A DNA stretch of 64,000 nucleotides from Actinomycetota bacterium (GCA_020636995.1 JACJWU010000006.1:217087-281086); one strand, 5' to 3'. Numbered from the stretch's first letter, positions 37,524 through 47,168 are shown. Made by a program: numbers and translations. Notes: generated by a model from the letters alone, not told the origin.

Positions 37524-38143
37524 CTGCGCGCTCCCGTCATCTGAAGTCCGAACGGTTCGAGTCCCACCTGCTCCACCGGCGGTCCGTGGGTGGCGATCTG
37601 TGCCATGCGCTCGGCGATCGCCGGCGTCATCTGAGGCAAGGTCGCCGTGACCGCCTGCAGCACCATCGCGTAGGGGGAGTCCACAGACTCCAAGGCCGAT
37701 TGCAGCAATCCGATCGCTGCGGTGTGCTCGGAGAGCAGTGCGTCACCGGTGAGCCGGTCGCCGATGGCCGCGAACTCGAGCACCACCGCAAGATGATCGG
37801 CGAGTTCGGCGTCACCCGCATCGAACCCGGCATCCAGGTAGGCCTGCTTGAAGTGCAGAATGGCCATTCCGCGGTTTCGGGTGTCGCCATGCGTCCAATA
37901 CGTCAGATACGGACAGGCCTTGCGCTTCATGTCGAACGTCTGGACGTACTCCCGACGCACGGCCATGAGGTCGGTCGATTCGAACCAGTCCATGAACGCC
38001 GACAGCGGATCGCGAGCGTCGTCCGGCAGTTCGGCCACCGCAGCACGAATGTCGGGCATCCGGACCATCAGTTCGTCATCCGGGTACCAGAGCAGCCAAG
38101 CGGTGGCCAGTCGTGCGACGGCCTTGTCATGCTCATGCATCAC
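37520..38143 (-). CDS. narJ: Nitrate reductase molybdenum cofactor assembly chaperone
   Basis: Its position between narH and narI, with ATGA overlaps on both sides, and its NarJ-like sequence support the call. Confidence 0.9.
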   Translation of the reverse strand: MMHEHDKAVARLATAWLLWYPDDELMVRMPDIRAAVAELPDDARDPLSAFMDWFESTDLMAVRREYVQTFDMKRKACPYLTYWTHGDTRNRGMAILHFKQAYLDAGFDAGDAELADHLAVVLEFAAIGDRLTGDALLSEHTAAIGLLQSALESVDSPYAMVLQAVTATLPQMTPAIAERMAQIATHGPPVEQVGLEPFGLQMTGARR

Positions 38144-39813
38144 TGCTCCTCCGGCTTCTTCGGCGGCACCGAGGGCATCCCCAGCGGAACGCCGACCCCG
38201 TCCCAGTTCAGCAGGTTCACCCGAGCGTCCCGCTGCTCCGCGGGCACGATCGTCTCGGACTTCTGACGCTGCGCCAACGCGTGGAACGTTTCGACCGCGA
38301 CCGGCACCGGTCGGCCGGAGGCCTCCCCGAACGGTCCCTGCTCGTACATGCCAGGCGCGCCCTCATAGTCCAGGGAACAGGCGATCTCTTCGAGGTTCTT
38401 CGCGGTCTCCGTGTGTGCCTCGGGGATGACGTAGCGGTCCTCGTACTTCGCGATCGCCAGCAGGCGGTAAAGGCTGAACATCTCCTGCTCGCTCATACCA
38501 ACCGCAGCCGGAATAGCCGCGTCGGGCGGATTGCCCAGGTTGCTGTCACGCATGAACGCGCGCATCGCCGCCAGCACCCCCAGGCTGTTCTTGACGGGCA
38601 CCACATCACCGGCGGTGAACAACTCCGCAAGGTACTCGATCGGGATCCGCAGTGCGTTGAGCGCTCCGAAGAGGTTGCCGGCGTCCTCAGCGTCGTTACC
38701 GGTCTCGCGCAGGGCGTCGACTACCGGCGACAACGGCGGGATGTACCAGACCATGGGCATGGTCCGGTATTCCGGATGCAGCGGCAGCGCCACCTTGTAC
38801 TTCTTGGCCAAGGCGTACACCGGCGACCGTTTGGCCGCCTCCAGCCAGTCCTGCGGGATTCCGTCGCGACGTGCCTGCTCGATGACTTCCGGGTCGTCCG
38901 GGTCCAGGATCAGGTCCAGCTGCGCCTCATACAGATCCTGCTCGTTCTCCGTGGCTGCCGCCTCTGTGACTCTGTCCGCGTCGTAGAGGAACAGGCCGAG
39001 ATAACGCAGTCGGCCCACACACGTCTCCGAGCACACAGTGGGCAGACCCACCTCGATGCGCGGGTAGCACAGCGTGCACTTCTCCGCCTTGCCGGTGCGG
39101 TGGTTGAAGTACACCTTCTTGTACGGACAACCGGTGACACACATGCGCCAGCCGCGGCAGGCGTCCTGGTCCACCAGGACGATTCCGTCCTCGCTGCGCT
39201 TGTACATGGCACCGGACGGACAACTGGCCACACAGGCCGGATTCAGGCAGTGTTCGCAGATGCGCGGCAGGTAGAACATGAACGCCTGCTCGAACTCCAG
39301 CTTCACCCGGTCGCCGACATCCTTCTTGATCTTCAGCAGAACCGGGTCCGCGGGGGCGAGTTCCGGGCCACCGGCCAGATCGTCGTCCCAGTTCGCCGAC
39401 CACTCGATCTTCATGGGCTTGCCGGTGATCAAGGACTTGGGACGCGCGACCGGCGTGTGCTCACCGAGGGGGGCGGAGATGAGGTTGTCGTACTCGTACG
39501 TCCACGGCTCGTAGTAATCGCGAAGCTCCGGCAGTTTGGGGTTGCTGAAGATCATCGACAGCCGGTGCAAACGCCCGCCCGATCGCAGCTTGAGTTTGCC
39601 GCGCTTGGTCCGGACCCATCCGCCCTTCCACTTGTCCTGATCCTGATAGGTGCGCGGGTACCCCTGGCCGGGGCGGGTCTCGACGTTGTTGAACCACACG
39701 TACTCGACCCCGGCGCGGTTGGTCCACGCCTGCTTGCACGTCACCGAGCAGGTGTGACACCCGATGCACTTGTCGAGGTTCATCACCATGCCCATCTGGG
39801 CCATCACCTTCAT
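38140..39813 (-). CDS. narH: Respiratory nitrate reductase beta subunit
   Basis: MKVMAQMGMVMNLDKCIGCHTCSVTCK and further Fe-S Cys groups are present. ATG 39813 is preceded by AGGAG. Confidence 0.95.
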   Translation of the reverse strand: MKVMAQMGMVMNLDKCIGCHTCSVTCKQAWTNRAGVEYVWFNNVETRPGQGYPRTYQDQDKWKGGWVRTKRGKLKLRSGGRLHRLSMIFSNPKLPELRDYYEPWTYEYDNLISAPLGEHTPVARPKSLITGKPMKIEWSANWDDDLAGGPELAPADPVLLKIKKDVGDRVKLEFEQAFMFYLPRICEHCLNPACVASCPSGAMYKRSEDGIVLVDQDACRGWRMCVTGCPYKKVYFNHRTGKAEKCTLCYPRIEVGLPTVCSETCVGRLRYLGLFLYDADRVTEAAATENEQDLYEAQLDLILDPDDPEVIEQARRDGIPQDWLEAAKRSPVYALAKKYKVALPLHPEYRTMPMVWYIPPLSPVVDALRETGNDAEDAGNLFGALNALRIPIEYLAELFTAGDVVPVKNSLGVLAAMRAFMRDSNLGNPPDAAIPAAVGMSEQEMFSLYRLLAIAKYEDRYVIPEAHTETAKNLEEIACSLDYEGAPGMYEQGPFGEASGRPVPVAVETFHALAQRQKSETIVPAEQRDARVNLLNWDGVGVPLGMPSVPPKKPEEQ

Positions 39814-39832
39814 GACGCGACTCCTGTCGGAC

Positions 39833-39878
39833 AAGGTTGAATGAGAACGACAACTGAGTGGTCGGATTCCTTCAAGCT
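39833..39878. repeat. Degenerate copy of the AAGGTTGAATGAGA hairpin element inside the narG-narH spacer
   Basis: AAGGTTGAATGAGAACGACAACTGAGTGGTCGGATTCCTTCAAGCTT aligns with 31293..31340. Confidence 0.7.
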
Positions 39879-39895
39879 TCGAAATCCTGGGCTCA

Positions 39896-42800
39896 TCAGT
39901 ACTGCACCTCCTGCGAGCGGCGGCGGATCACCGTGACCTCGTCGCGCTGGTTCCCGGTCGGCCCGAGGTAGTTGAGGAAGAAGGACAACTGGGCGTATCC
40001 ACCGACGACGTGGGTGGGCTTGATGAGCAGCCGTGTCAGCGAGTTGTGGATGCCGCCGCGCAGCCCTGATGTTTCGGTCCGTGGCACGTCCACCGTCCGG
40101 TCCTTGGCGTGGTACATGAACACGGTTCCCGCAGGCATTCGGTGGGACACGATGGCACGGGCGACGACCACACCGTTGCGGTTGTAGGCCTCGATCCACT
40201 CGTTGTCCTTGACCCCGATCGCGTCGGCATCCTGCGGACTCATCCAGATCTCAGGACCACCGCGCGACAACGAGAGCATGAACAGGTTGTCCTGGTACTC
40301 GGAGTGGATCGACCACTTGGAGTGCGGGGTGAGGTAGCGCACCGTCACCTCGCGTCCCTGCCCCGTCCCCTGGTCGCCGTACAACCGGTGCATGTTCAGC
40401 GGCGGCCGGAACGTGGGCATCTGTTCGCCGATCTCCGTCATCCAGTCGTGATCGAGGAAGAAATGCTGGCGACCGGTCAGCGTGTGCCACGGCTTCAGGC
40501 GTTCGACGTTGATCGTGAATGCCGTGTAGCGGCGCCCGCCGTGCTCACTGCCCGACCACTCCGGGCTGGTGATGACCGGCACCGGGCGGGCTTGGGTATC
40601 GGCGAAGGAGATCCGCTTTCCCTCGTTGTCCAGCGCCAGGTCGGCCAGGCGCTGCCCGGTGCGCTCCTCCACCCCGCGGAAACCTTCGACCGCGACCCGT
40701 CCGTTGGTTGTGCCGGACAGCGTGAGGATCGCCTCGCATGCCTGCGCCGCGGTGACGATGGCCGGTTGCCCGGCAGTCGGACCGTCGGGGATCACACCGT
40801 TGAGGCGCCGCAAAAGATCCATCTCCGGCGCGGTCTTGACCGCTACCCCTTTGGTCACGGTGCCGAGGGTCTCCAGCAGCGGGCCCAGCGCCGTCATCTT
40901 CGCACCGACCGTGGTGTAGTCGCGCTCGCAGACGATCAGCTTGGGTGCGGTGACCCCGGGGATCAGATCGACCTCGCCCTTGCGCCAGTCCTTCACGACA
41001 CCGCCCGGGACGGCCATCTCGTCGGGGGTGTCGTGGTACAGCGGGATGCACATCAGATCCTCGAACGTCTCCAGATGGCCGTGGGCCAACTCCGAGACCT
41101 TGCGCCCGAGGTCACCGAAGATGTCGTAGTCGCTCTTCGTCTCCCAGGGCGGGTCGATGGCCGGCGTGAACGCATGGACGTAGGGGTGCATGTCCGTGCT
41201 CGAGATGTCGTGTTTCTCGTACCAGGTGGCCGCGGGCAGCAAGATGTCGCCGAACAGGCCCGTCGAGGTCATCCGGAAATCGATGCTGACCAGCAGGTCG
41301 AGTTTGCCCGACGGGCCCTCGTCGCGCCACGTCACCACGTCCGAACGATCCGGGGTCTCCGAGGCGCGCACGGCGTTGCTGGTTCCCAGCAGGTGCTTGA
41401 GGAAGTACTCGTTGCCCTTGCTGGACGAGCCGAGCAGGTTGGCCCGCCACACCGTGAGCACCCGGGGCCAGTTCTCCGGTGCGTCCGGGTCCTCGATCGC
41501 GAAGCGCATGTCGCCGGACAGCAGTTGCTGCTTGACGTACTCGGCCGGTTCCATCCCGGCCTCACGGGCCTCCCGGACGATCTCGATCGGGTTGCGGTTG
41601 AGGCTCGGGAACGACGGCATCCAGCCGGAACGAGCCGACTGCGCGATCGTGTCGATCATCGTCGCGCCCTCGAAACGCCCCTCTCCCAGCGGCGTGGCCA
41701 ACAGGTCGGCGCCCAGGTTGTCGTAGCGCCACTGGTCGGTGTTGACGTACCAGAAGGCAGTGCCGATCATCTGCCGGGCGGGCCTCTGCCAGTCCAGGGC
41801 GAAGGCCAGATTCGCCCAGCCGGTGATCGGTCGCGCCTTCTCCTGGCCCACGTAGTGCGCCCAGCCGCCGCCATTGACGCCCTGGCATCCGGTCATCGTG
41901 ATCATGGCCAGGAACGTGCGGTAGATGGTGTCGGAGTGGAACCAGTGGTTCGTGCCGGCCCCCAGGATGATCATCGAACGGCCGCCGGACTCCTCGGCGT
42001 TCTGCGCGAACTCCCGTCCGATCCGTGCGGCCATCGAGGCCGGCACGCCGGTGATCTCCTCCTGCCACGCCGGGGTGTAGGGCGCCGGGTCGTCGTAGCC
42101 CTGCGGCCAATCACCCGGCAGGCCGTCGCGACCCACGCCGTACTGGGCGAGCATGAGGTCGTACACGGTGGTGACCAGGCGCTGGCCGCCGGCGGTCTCG
42201 ACAGGCACCACGGGGACACCCCGGGTGTGCACACCGCCGCCCTCGCCGTCCTGCTGACCGACATCGAATCGGGGGAGGTGGACCTGGACGTTCTGCGAGC
42301 CCCCGGCGCCGTACAGGGACAGCGCCGGGTCGATGCTCTCGAGGTCGAGGTTCCACCGACCCTTGCCGGCTTCCCCGTAGCGGAAGCCGAGCGACCCGTT
42401 GGGCACCACGGCCCGGCCGGAATCACCGTCGATGAGGACGGTCTTGAAAGCCGCCCCCTCGCTGTCGTCCCCGAGGTCGGAGGCGGTCAGGAACTTGTCC
42501 GGGACGTACGCACCGTCCTTCTCCTTCAACGTGATGAGGAAGGGCATGTCCGAGTACTTCTTCACGTACTCGACGAAGCGCGGCACCTGGCGATCGACGT
42601 AGAACTCCTTGAGAATCACGTGACCCATCGCCATGCCGAGGGCGCCGTCGGTGCCGGGATGCGGGTTGAGCCATTCGTCGGCGAACTTGGTGTTGTCGGC
42701 GTAGTCCGGCGAGACGGTCACGACCTTCTGACCGCGATAGCGTGCCTCGGCCATGAAGTGGGCGTCCGGCGTGCGGGTGACTGGAACGTTGGCGCCCCAC

Positions 42801-43579
42801 ATGATCAGGTAACTGGCGTTCCACCAGTCCGCCGATTCGGGCACGTCGGTCTGGTCCCCGAAGACCTGTGGCGATGCCACCGGGAGATCGCAGTACCAGT
42901 CGTAGAAGCTCAGCATCGCCCCGCCCATGAGACTGATGAAGCGGCTGCCTGCTGCGTGCGAGGCCATGGACATCGCGGGGATCGGGGAGAAGCCGAAGAT
43001 CCGGTCCGGGCCGTGCTCCTTGGCCGTGTGGATGTGTGCTGCGGCGATCATCTCGTTGACCTCGGCCCACGAGGACCGGACCAAGCCGCCCTTGCCTCGC
43101 GCGCTCTGATAGGCCCGGCGGGTGTGTTCGTTGCCGACCACCGCGGCCCATGCGTCCACGGGATCGGAGTGGTCCAACTTCGCGGCGCGATAGGCCTCGA
43201 GCAGGATGGAGCGCACGTAGGGATACCGGATCCGTGTGGGCGAGTACGTATACCACGAGAAGGCAGCGCCGCGCGGACATCCGCGGGGTTCGTACTCCGG
43301 GGAGTCCGGGCCGATGGACGGGTAGTCGGTCTGCTGGGTCTCCCAGGTGATGATGCCGTCCTTGACGTACACCTTCCAGGAGCAGGAACCCGTGCAGTTC
43401 ACACCGTGCGTGGAGCGGACCACCTTGTCGTGGCTCCAGCGGTCGCGGTAGAAGACATCACCCTCGCGGCCGCCGTGTCGGGTCACGGTGCGCAGGTCGG
43501 ATGAGACCTCACCCGGGGTGAAGAACCTTCCCGCCTTGACGAGGAATTCGTCGGTGGCGTCCGATCGCGTGGTGGTCAT
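39896..43579 (-). CDS. narG: Respiratory nitrate reductase alpha subunit
   Basis: The 1227-aa protein has the FS0 motif HGVNCTGSCSW and resembles NarG along its full length. Confidence 0.97.
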   Translation of the reverse strand: MTTTRSDATDEFLVKAGRFFTPGEVSSDLRTVTRHGGREGDVFYRDRWSHDKVVRSTHGVNCTGSCSWKVYVKDGIITWETQQTDYPSIGPDSPEYEPRGCPRGAAFSWYTYSPTRIRYPYVRSILLEAYRAAKLDHSDPVDAWAAVVGNEHTRRAYQSARGKGGLVRSSWAEVNEMIAAAHIHTAKEHGPDRIFGFSPIPAMSMASHAAGSRFISLMGGAMLSFYDWYCDLPVASPQVFGDQTDVPESADWWNASYLIMWGANVPVTRTPDAHFMAEARYRGQKVVTVSPDYADNTKFADEWLNPHPGTDGALGMAMGHVILKEFYVDRQVPRFVEYVKKYSDMPFLITLKEKDGAYVPDKFLTASDLGDDSEGAAFKTVLIDGDSGRAVVPNGSLGFRYGEAGKGRWNLDLESIDPALSLYGAGGSQNVQVHLPRFDVGQQDGEGGGVHTRGVPVVPVETAGGQRLVTTVYDLMLAQYGVGRDGLPGDWPQGYDDPAPYTPAWQEEITGVPASMAARIGREFAQNAEESGGRSMIILGAGTNHWFHSDTIYRTFLAMITMTGCQGVNGGGWAHYVGQEKARPITGWANLAFALDWQRPARQMIGTAFWYVNTDQWRYDNLGADLLATPLGEGRFEGATMIDTIAQSARSGWMPSFPSLNRNPIEIVREAREAGMEPAEYVKQQLLSGDMRFAIEDPDAPENWPRVLTVWRANLLGSSSKGNEYFLKHLLGTSNAVRASETPDRSDVVTWRDEGPSGKLDLLVSIDFRMTSTGLFGDILLPAATWYEKHDISSTDMHPYVHAFTPAIDPPWETKSDYDIFGDLGRKVSELAHGHLETFEDLMCIPLYHDTPDEMAVPGGVVKDWRKGEVDLIPGVTAPKLIVCERDYTTVGAKMTALGPLLETLGTVTKGVAVKTAPEMDLLRRLNGVIPDGPTAGQPAIVTAAQACEAILTLSGTTNGRVAVEGFRGVEERTGQRLADLALDNEGKRISFADTQARPVPVITSPEWSGSEHGGRRYTAFTINVERLKPWHTLTGRQHFFLDHDWMTEIGEQMPTFRPPLNMHRLYGDQGTGQGREVTVRYLTPHSKWSIHSEYQDNLFMLSLSRGGPEIWMSPQDADAIGVKDNEWIEAYNRNGVVVARAIVSHRMPAGTVFMYHAKDRTVDVPRTETSGLRGGIHNSLTRLLIKPTHVVGGYAQLSFFLNYLGPTGNQRDEVTVIRRRSQEVQY

Positions 43580-44355
43580 GCGGTCCTCCTCGACCTCTTG
43601 GACTTGCGGTTCGTCGGCTCGGCAGCCACGGTTCGCTCAGGCGCCGATCCGGCTACCACGCGCTGTGGTCCCACGTCGGGGCGGTGCAGGTGGGCCACAC
43701 ACACCCCGCGACGCGGGAAGACGTCGACCGAGGCCAGTGCAACGGGCTGTCCGGTCCCAGCGAGGATCTGCTCCACCGCGTGGGCGTGGATGTCACAGAT
43801 GACCGGATTGTCGGCGATCAGTGCCGCGTAGGGACACCGGCCGAGGTAGATGGCATCCCCGACCGGCGACACGTCAACCTCGAAACCGAGCCGACCCAAC
43901 GATCGGGCCGCAATGGTCACCGCCTCGTCCGGGGTGGCAGCCGACTCCTTCGCGACACGGTCGCTCTCCCGCCAGCGCCGCGCTGCCTGGACAGCCAGGG
44001 CTGGGTCAGTCGAATCGCTGAGGGTCTGAGAGAGGTCTGACGCCAGCTGCGAGTACCGATCCTCTTCGGCCGCGGTGCTGTACAGCCACTTCGGCCGGCC
44101 GCGACCCGCGGTGAGTTCTCTGGTGCGCTCGACCTTGCCCGCCGCGCGGAGAACCTCCAGATGTGTCCGCACGGTGTTCACGTGCAGATTGGCCACCTTC
44201 GCGATGTCCTCCACACTCAACCGCTGTTCGGACTCCCGCACGATGCGCAGGATGTTGTCTCTGCTGTTGTCGGCGTCCGCAGAATCGCCGCGCGAGGCGA
44301 AGTGGCTCAGCCGTGCCAATGTGCGCCCGATGCTTTCTGCGCTTCCCGCGACCAT
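43576..44355 (-). CDS. Winged-HTH (ArsR/COG2345-like) regulator with Cys/His tail, first gene of the nar operon
   Basis: The wHTH is present (LSVEDIAKVANLHVNTVRTHLEVLRAAGKVER...GRGRP), with tail CPYAALIADNPVICDIH. Its stop overlaps the narG ATG (ATGA). The start is uncertain (44355 or 44379). Confidence 0.75.
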   Translation of the reverse strand: MVAGSAESIGRTLARLSHFASRGDSADADNSRDNILRIVRESEQRLSVEDIAKVANLHVNTVRTHLEVLRAAGKVERTRELTAGRGRPKWLYSTAAEEDRYSQLASDLSQTLSDSTDPALAVQAARRWRESDRVAKESAATPDEAVTIAARSLGRLGFEVDVSPVGDAIYLGRCPYAALIADNPVICDIHAHAVEQILAGTGQPVALASVDVFPRRGVCVAHLHRPDVGPQRVVAGSAPERTVAAEPTNRKSKRSRRTA

Positions 44356-44381
44356 AAAACATTCATACCACATATCCACCG

Positions 44382-44409
44382 TTGATTTTAATTAACACGG
44401 TGCTAACAT
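44382..44409 (+). promoter_or_regulatory. Candidate narK promoter (TTGATT-N16-TAACAT) overlapping an FNR/CRP-type half-palindrome TTGATTTTAATTAA
   Basis: This is the only strongly AT-rich stretch in the nar/narK divergent region. The -35-like hexamer is at 44382..44387 and the -10-like hexamer at 44404..44409. TTGAT-N4-ATTAA lies at 44382..44395. Confidence 0.35.
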
Positions 44410-44438
44410 CTCAAGCAGTGAATAAAGAGGGGGCTGAC

Positions 44439-45827
44439 ATGACCGCCACTGAGACCGCACCTGCGACGGAACCTCCGGCAGAGGGCCACGGTTGGAACCT
44501 GCGCCCCGGGGCCGTTCGGGTGCTGGTGATCTCCACCGTCGGCTTCACCCTGATGTTCGCGGTGTGGCTGATGTTCGGGGTGCTCGGTATCCCCATCCGC
44601 AAGGAGTTCGGCCTCAGCGACGTCCAACTGTCCTGGATCACCGCGGTCGCGGTCCTCAACGGTGCGATCTGGCGCCTACCCGCCGGCATCCTGGCCGACC
44701 GGGTCGGCGGCCGGCTGGTCATGACCGTGATGCTCGCCGCGACGGCCGTCCCGGCGTTCCTGGTATCCACCGCTGACAACTACGTCCAACTGCTCATCTA
44801 TGCGTTCCTCGTCGGACTGGCGGGCAACGCCTTCAGCGTCGGCATCGCTTGGACCAGCGCCTGGTGGCCGTTCCAGCACCAAGGCTTCGCGCTCGGCGTC
44901 TTCGGAGCAGGCAACGTGGGCGCATCGGTCACCAAGTTCATCGGGCCGGCCCTCATCGCCGCCGTCCCGGCGGCCGGCTTCCTGGGGTTCATCCCCGGTG
45001 GCTGGCGCTTCATCCCCTTCCTCTACATGGTGCTGCTGCTGATCATGGCGGCGGTGACGTGGTTCGGCTCCCCCCGCCACGACATCGTGCCGGGACAAGG
45101 CCGCTCGCTCGCCTCGATGCTGCGGCCGTTGAAGCAGATGCGGGTGTGGCGCTTCAGCCTCTACTACGTGGTGGTCTTCGGCGCCTACGTGGCACTGGCC
45201 GCGTGGCTGCCCAAGTACTACGTGGACGTGTACGACCAGAGCCTGTCCCACGCGGCCTTGCTGACCGCCCTGTTCATCTTCCCGGCGTCGCTGCTGCGTC
45301 CGGTGGGCGGCTGGATCTCCGACCGCGTCGGAGCACGTCGTGTCATGTACGCGACGTTCGGCGTGATGCTCGTGGCCACGGGAATCCTGATGATGCCGTA
45401 CGGCTACATAGTCATCGAGCGCAACGACGGCACCACCAACGAGATCCTGCCCTGGACGGTGGGCGTCGGCATGTTCACCCTGCTGGTGTTCATCACCGGA
45501 TGTGCGATGGGGATCGGCAAGGCGGCCGTCTACAAGCACATCCCCGAGTACTTCCCGAAGGACGTCGGCGCGGTCGGCGGCCTCGTCGGATCCATCGGCG
45601 CGCTCGGCGGGTTCTTCCTGCCGCCCATGTTCGCCTACGCCACGGCGTGGACCGGGGCGCCACAAGCGACCTTCGGCGTGCTGTTCCTCGTGACCCTCTG
45701 GGCGGCCCTGTGGATGCACTGGACGGTCGTCAAGGTCCTGCACCGGGCAAGCCCCGACCTCACCAACAAGTTCGAACACGACTACAGCCCGCAGATGCCG
45801 GCTGACGAGATGACAGGAGTCAAGTGA
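44439..45827 (+). CDS. narK: MFS nitrate/nitrite transporter (NarK family)
   Basis: It is a 12-TM MFS protein with NarK-like motifs (GxxxDRxGGR). ATG 44439 follows AAGAGGGGG. Confidence 0.9.
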   Translation: MTATETAPATEPPAEGHGWNLRPGAVRVLVISTVGFTLMFAVWLMFGVLGIPIRKEFGLSDVQLSWITAVAVLNGAIWRLPAGILADRVGGRLVMTVMLAATAVPAFLVSTADNYVQLLIYAFLVGLAGNAFSVGIAWTSAWWPFQHQGFALGVFGAGNVGASVTKFIGPALIAAVPAAGFLGFIPGGWRFIPFLYMVLLLIMAAVTWFGSPRHDIVPGQGRSLASMLRPLKQMRVWRFSLYYVVVFGAYVALAAWLPKYYVDVYDQSLSHAALLTALFIFPASLLRPVGGWISDRVGARRVMYATFGVMLVATGILMMPYGYIVIERNDGTTNEILPWTVGVGMFTLLVFITGCAMGIGKAAVYKHIPEYFPKDVGAVGGLVGSIGALGGFFLPPMFAYATAWTGAPQATFGVLFLVTLWAALWMHWTVVKVLHRASPDLTNKFEHDYSPQMPADEMTGVK

Positions 45828-47161
45828 TGAGTGCTGTATCCAGTGCCCCCACCCGCAAGGGCGGTGACTGGCTCGACAGTTGGAACCCCGAGGACGCCGC
45901 CACGTGGGACTCCGGCAGGGCGTGGAAGACCCTGTGGATCACCACATTCAACCTGACACTGGCCTTCATCACCTGGTTCCTCGTGTCCGCCATCGCGCCC
46001 CAGTTGAACAACATCGGGTTCGATCTGAGCAAGGGGCAGCTCTACTGGCTGGCCGCCATGCCCGGCCTGGCCGGTGGATTCCTACGACTGGTCTGGATGT
46101 TCTTGCCACCGATCCTGGGCACCCGCAAGTTGGTCTGGATGAGCAGCCTGCTGCTGGTGATCCCCCTAGTCGGCTGGGCGCTGGCGGTGCAGAACTCCGG
46201 GACCTCCTACACGGTGCTGCTGTTGTTGGCGTTCCTCGCCGGTGTCGGCGGTGGTGTGTTCAGCGGGTTCATGCCCAGCACCTCATATTTCTTCCCCAAG
46301 GCGAAGCAGGGCACCGCGCTGGGCATCCAGGCGGGCATCGGCAACTTCGGTGTCAGCATCGTGCAGTTCGTGACGCCGTGGATCATCGGCTTCGCCCTCA
46401 TCGGCGGATCGCAGGCCTTCGTCAACGAGGAGAAGGGCATCAACAAGGAGGTCTGGTACCAGAACGCCGGGTACGTGTGGATCCCGTTCGTGATCGTGGG
46501 CGTCATCCTGGCCTATACGATGCTTCGCTCGGTGCCGGTCCAGGCCCGCGGGGTGAAGGATCAGCTGGACATATTCGGCAACAAGCACACGTGGCTGATG
46601 ACCTGGCTGTACGTGCTCACCTTCGGAACCTTCTCCGGCATGGCCGCGCAGTTCGCCCTGCTCATCAAGAACTTCTACGGCACACCATTCGGGGCAGAGG
46701 GGATCAACCCGGTCTCCTACGCCTTCCTCGGAGCACTCGTCGGCTCCGCGGCCCGCGTGCTCGCCGGCCCGGTGGCCGACCGTGTGGGGGGTGCCAAGGT
46801 GACTCTGGTGGCGGTCCTCGGGATCGGGCTGTCCGCGCTCTACACGAGTTTCCAGTTGTCCCCCACCTCCGTGGACACGTTCCCGTCGTTCCTCTGGGGG
46901 ATGCTGGCGATCTTCTTCTTCGCCGGTGTGGGCAACGCGAGCACCTTCAAGCAGATGCCCATGATCTTCGAGCCCCGGCAGGCCGGCGGAGTGATCGGGT
47001 GGACGGCGGCGATCGCGGCCTTCGGACCGTTCGTGTTCGGCGTCATGTTTGCCACCGGCAACGCCCAGTTGCTCTACTGGCTCGGCACGCTCAGCTGCGG
47101 CATCGGCGCGGTGCTGACCTGGTGGTTCTACGCCCGTCCCGGCGCGGAGAAGCCGTCCTGA
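45824..47161 (+). CDS. MFS nitrate/nitrite transporter (second NarK-type paralog)
   Basis: The 445-aa MFS protein has a start that overlaps the narK stop. A tandem NarK1/NarK2-like arrangement is known from other nitrate respirers. Confidence 0.88.
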   Translation: MMSAVSSAPTRKGGDWLDSWNPEDAATWDSGRAWKTLWITTFNLTLAFITWFLVSAIAPQLNNIGFDLSKGQLYWLAAMPGLAGGFLRLVWMFLPPILGTRKLVWMSSLLLVIPLVGWALAVQNSGTSYTVLLLLAFLAGVGGGVFSGFMPSTSYFFPKAKQGTALGIQAGIGNFGVSIVQFVTPWIIGFALIGGSQAFVNEEKGINKEVWYQNAGYVWIPFVIVGVILAYTMLRSVPVQARGVKDQLDIFGNKHTWLMTWLYVLTFGTFSGMAAQFALLIKNFYGTPFGAEGINPVSYAFLGALVGSAARVLAGPVADRVGGAKVTLVAVLGIGLSALYTSFQLSPTSVDTFPSFLWGMLAIFFFAGVGNASTFKQMPMIFEPRQAGGVIGWTAAIAAFGPFVFGVMFATGNAQLLYWLGTLSCGIGAVLTWWFYARPGAEKPS

Positions 47162-47168
47162 TGGACCC

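Noticed and set aside
40109-43504. A 1131-aa ORF antisense to narG.
   Set aside because: It is a high-GC open-frame artefact of the same kind. NarG on the minus strand is unambiguous.
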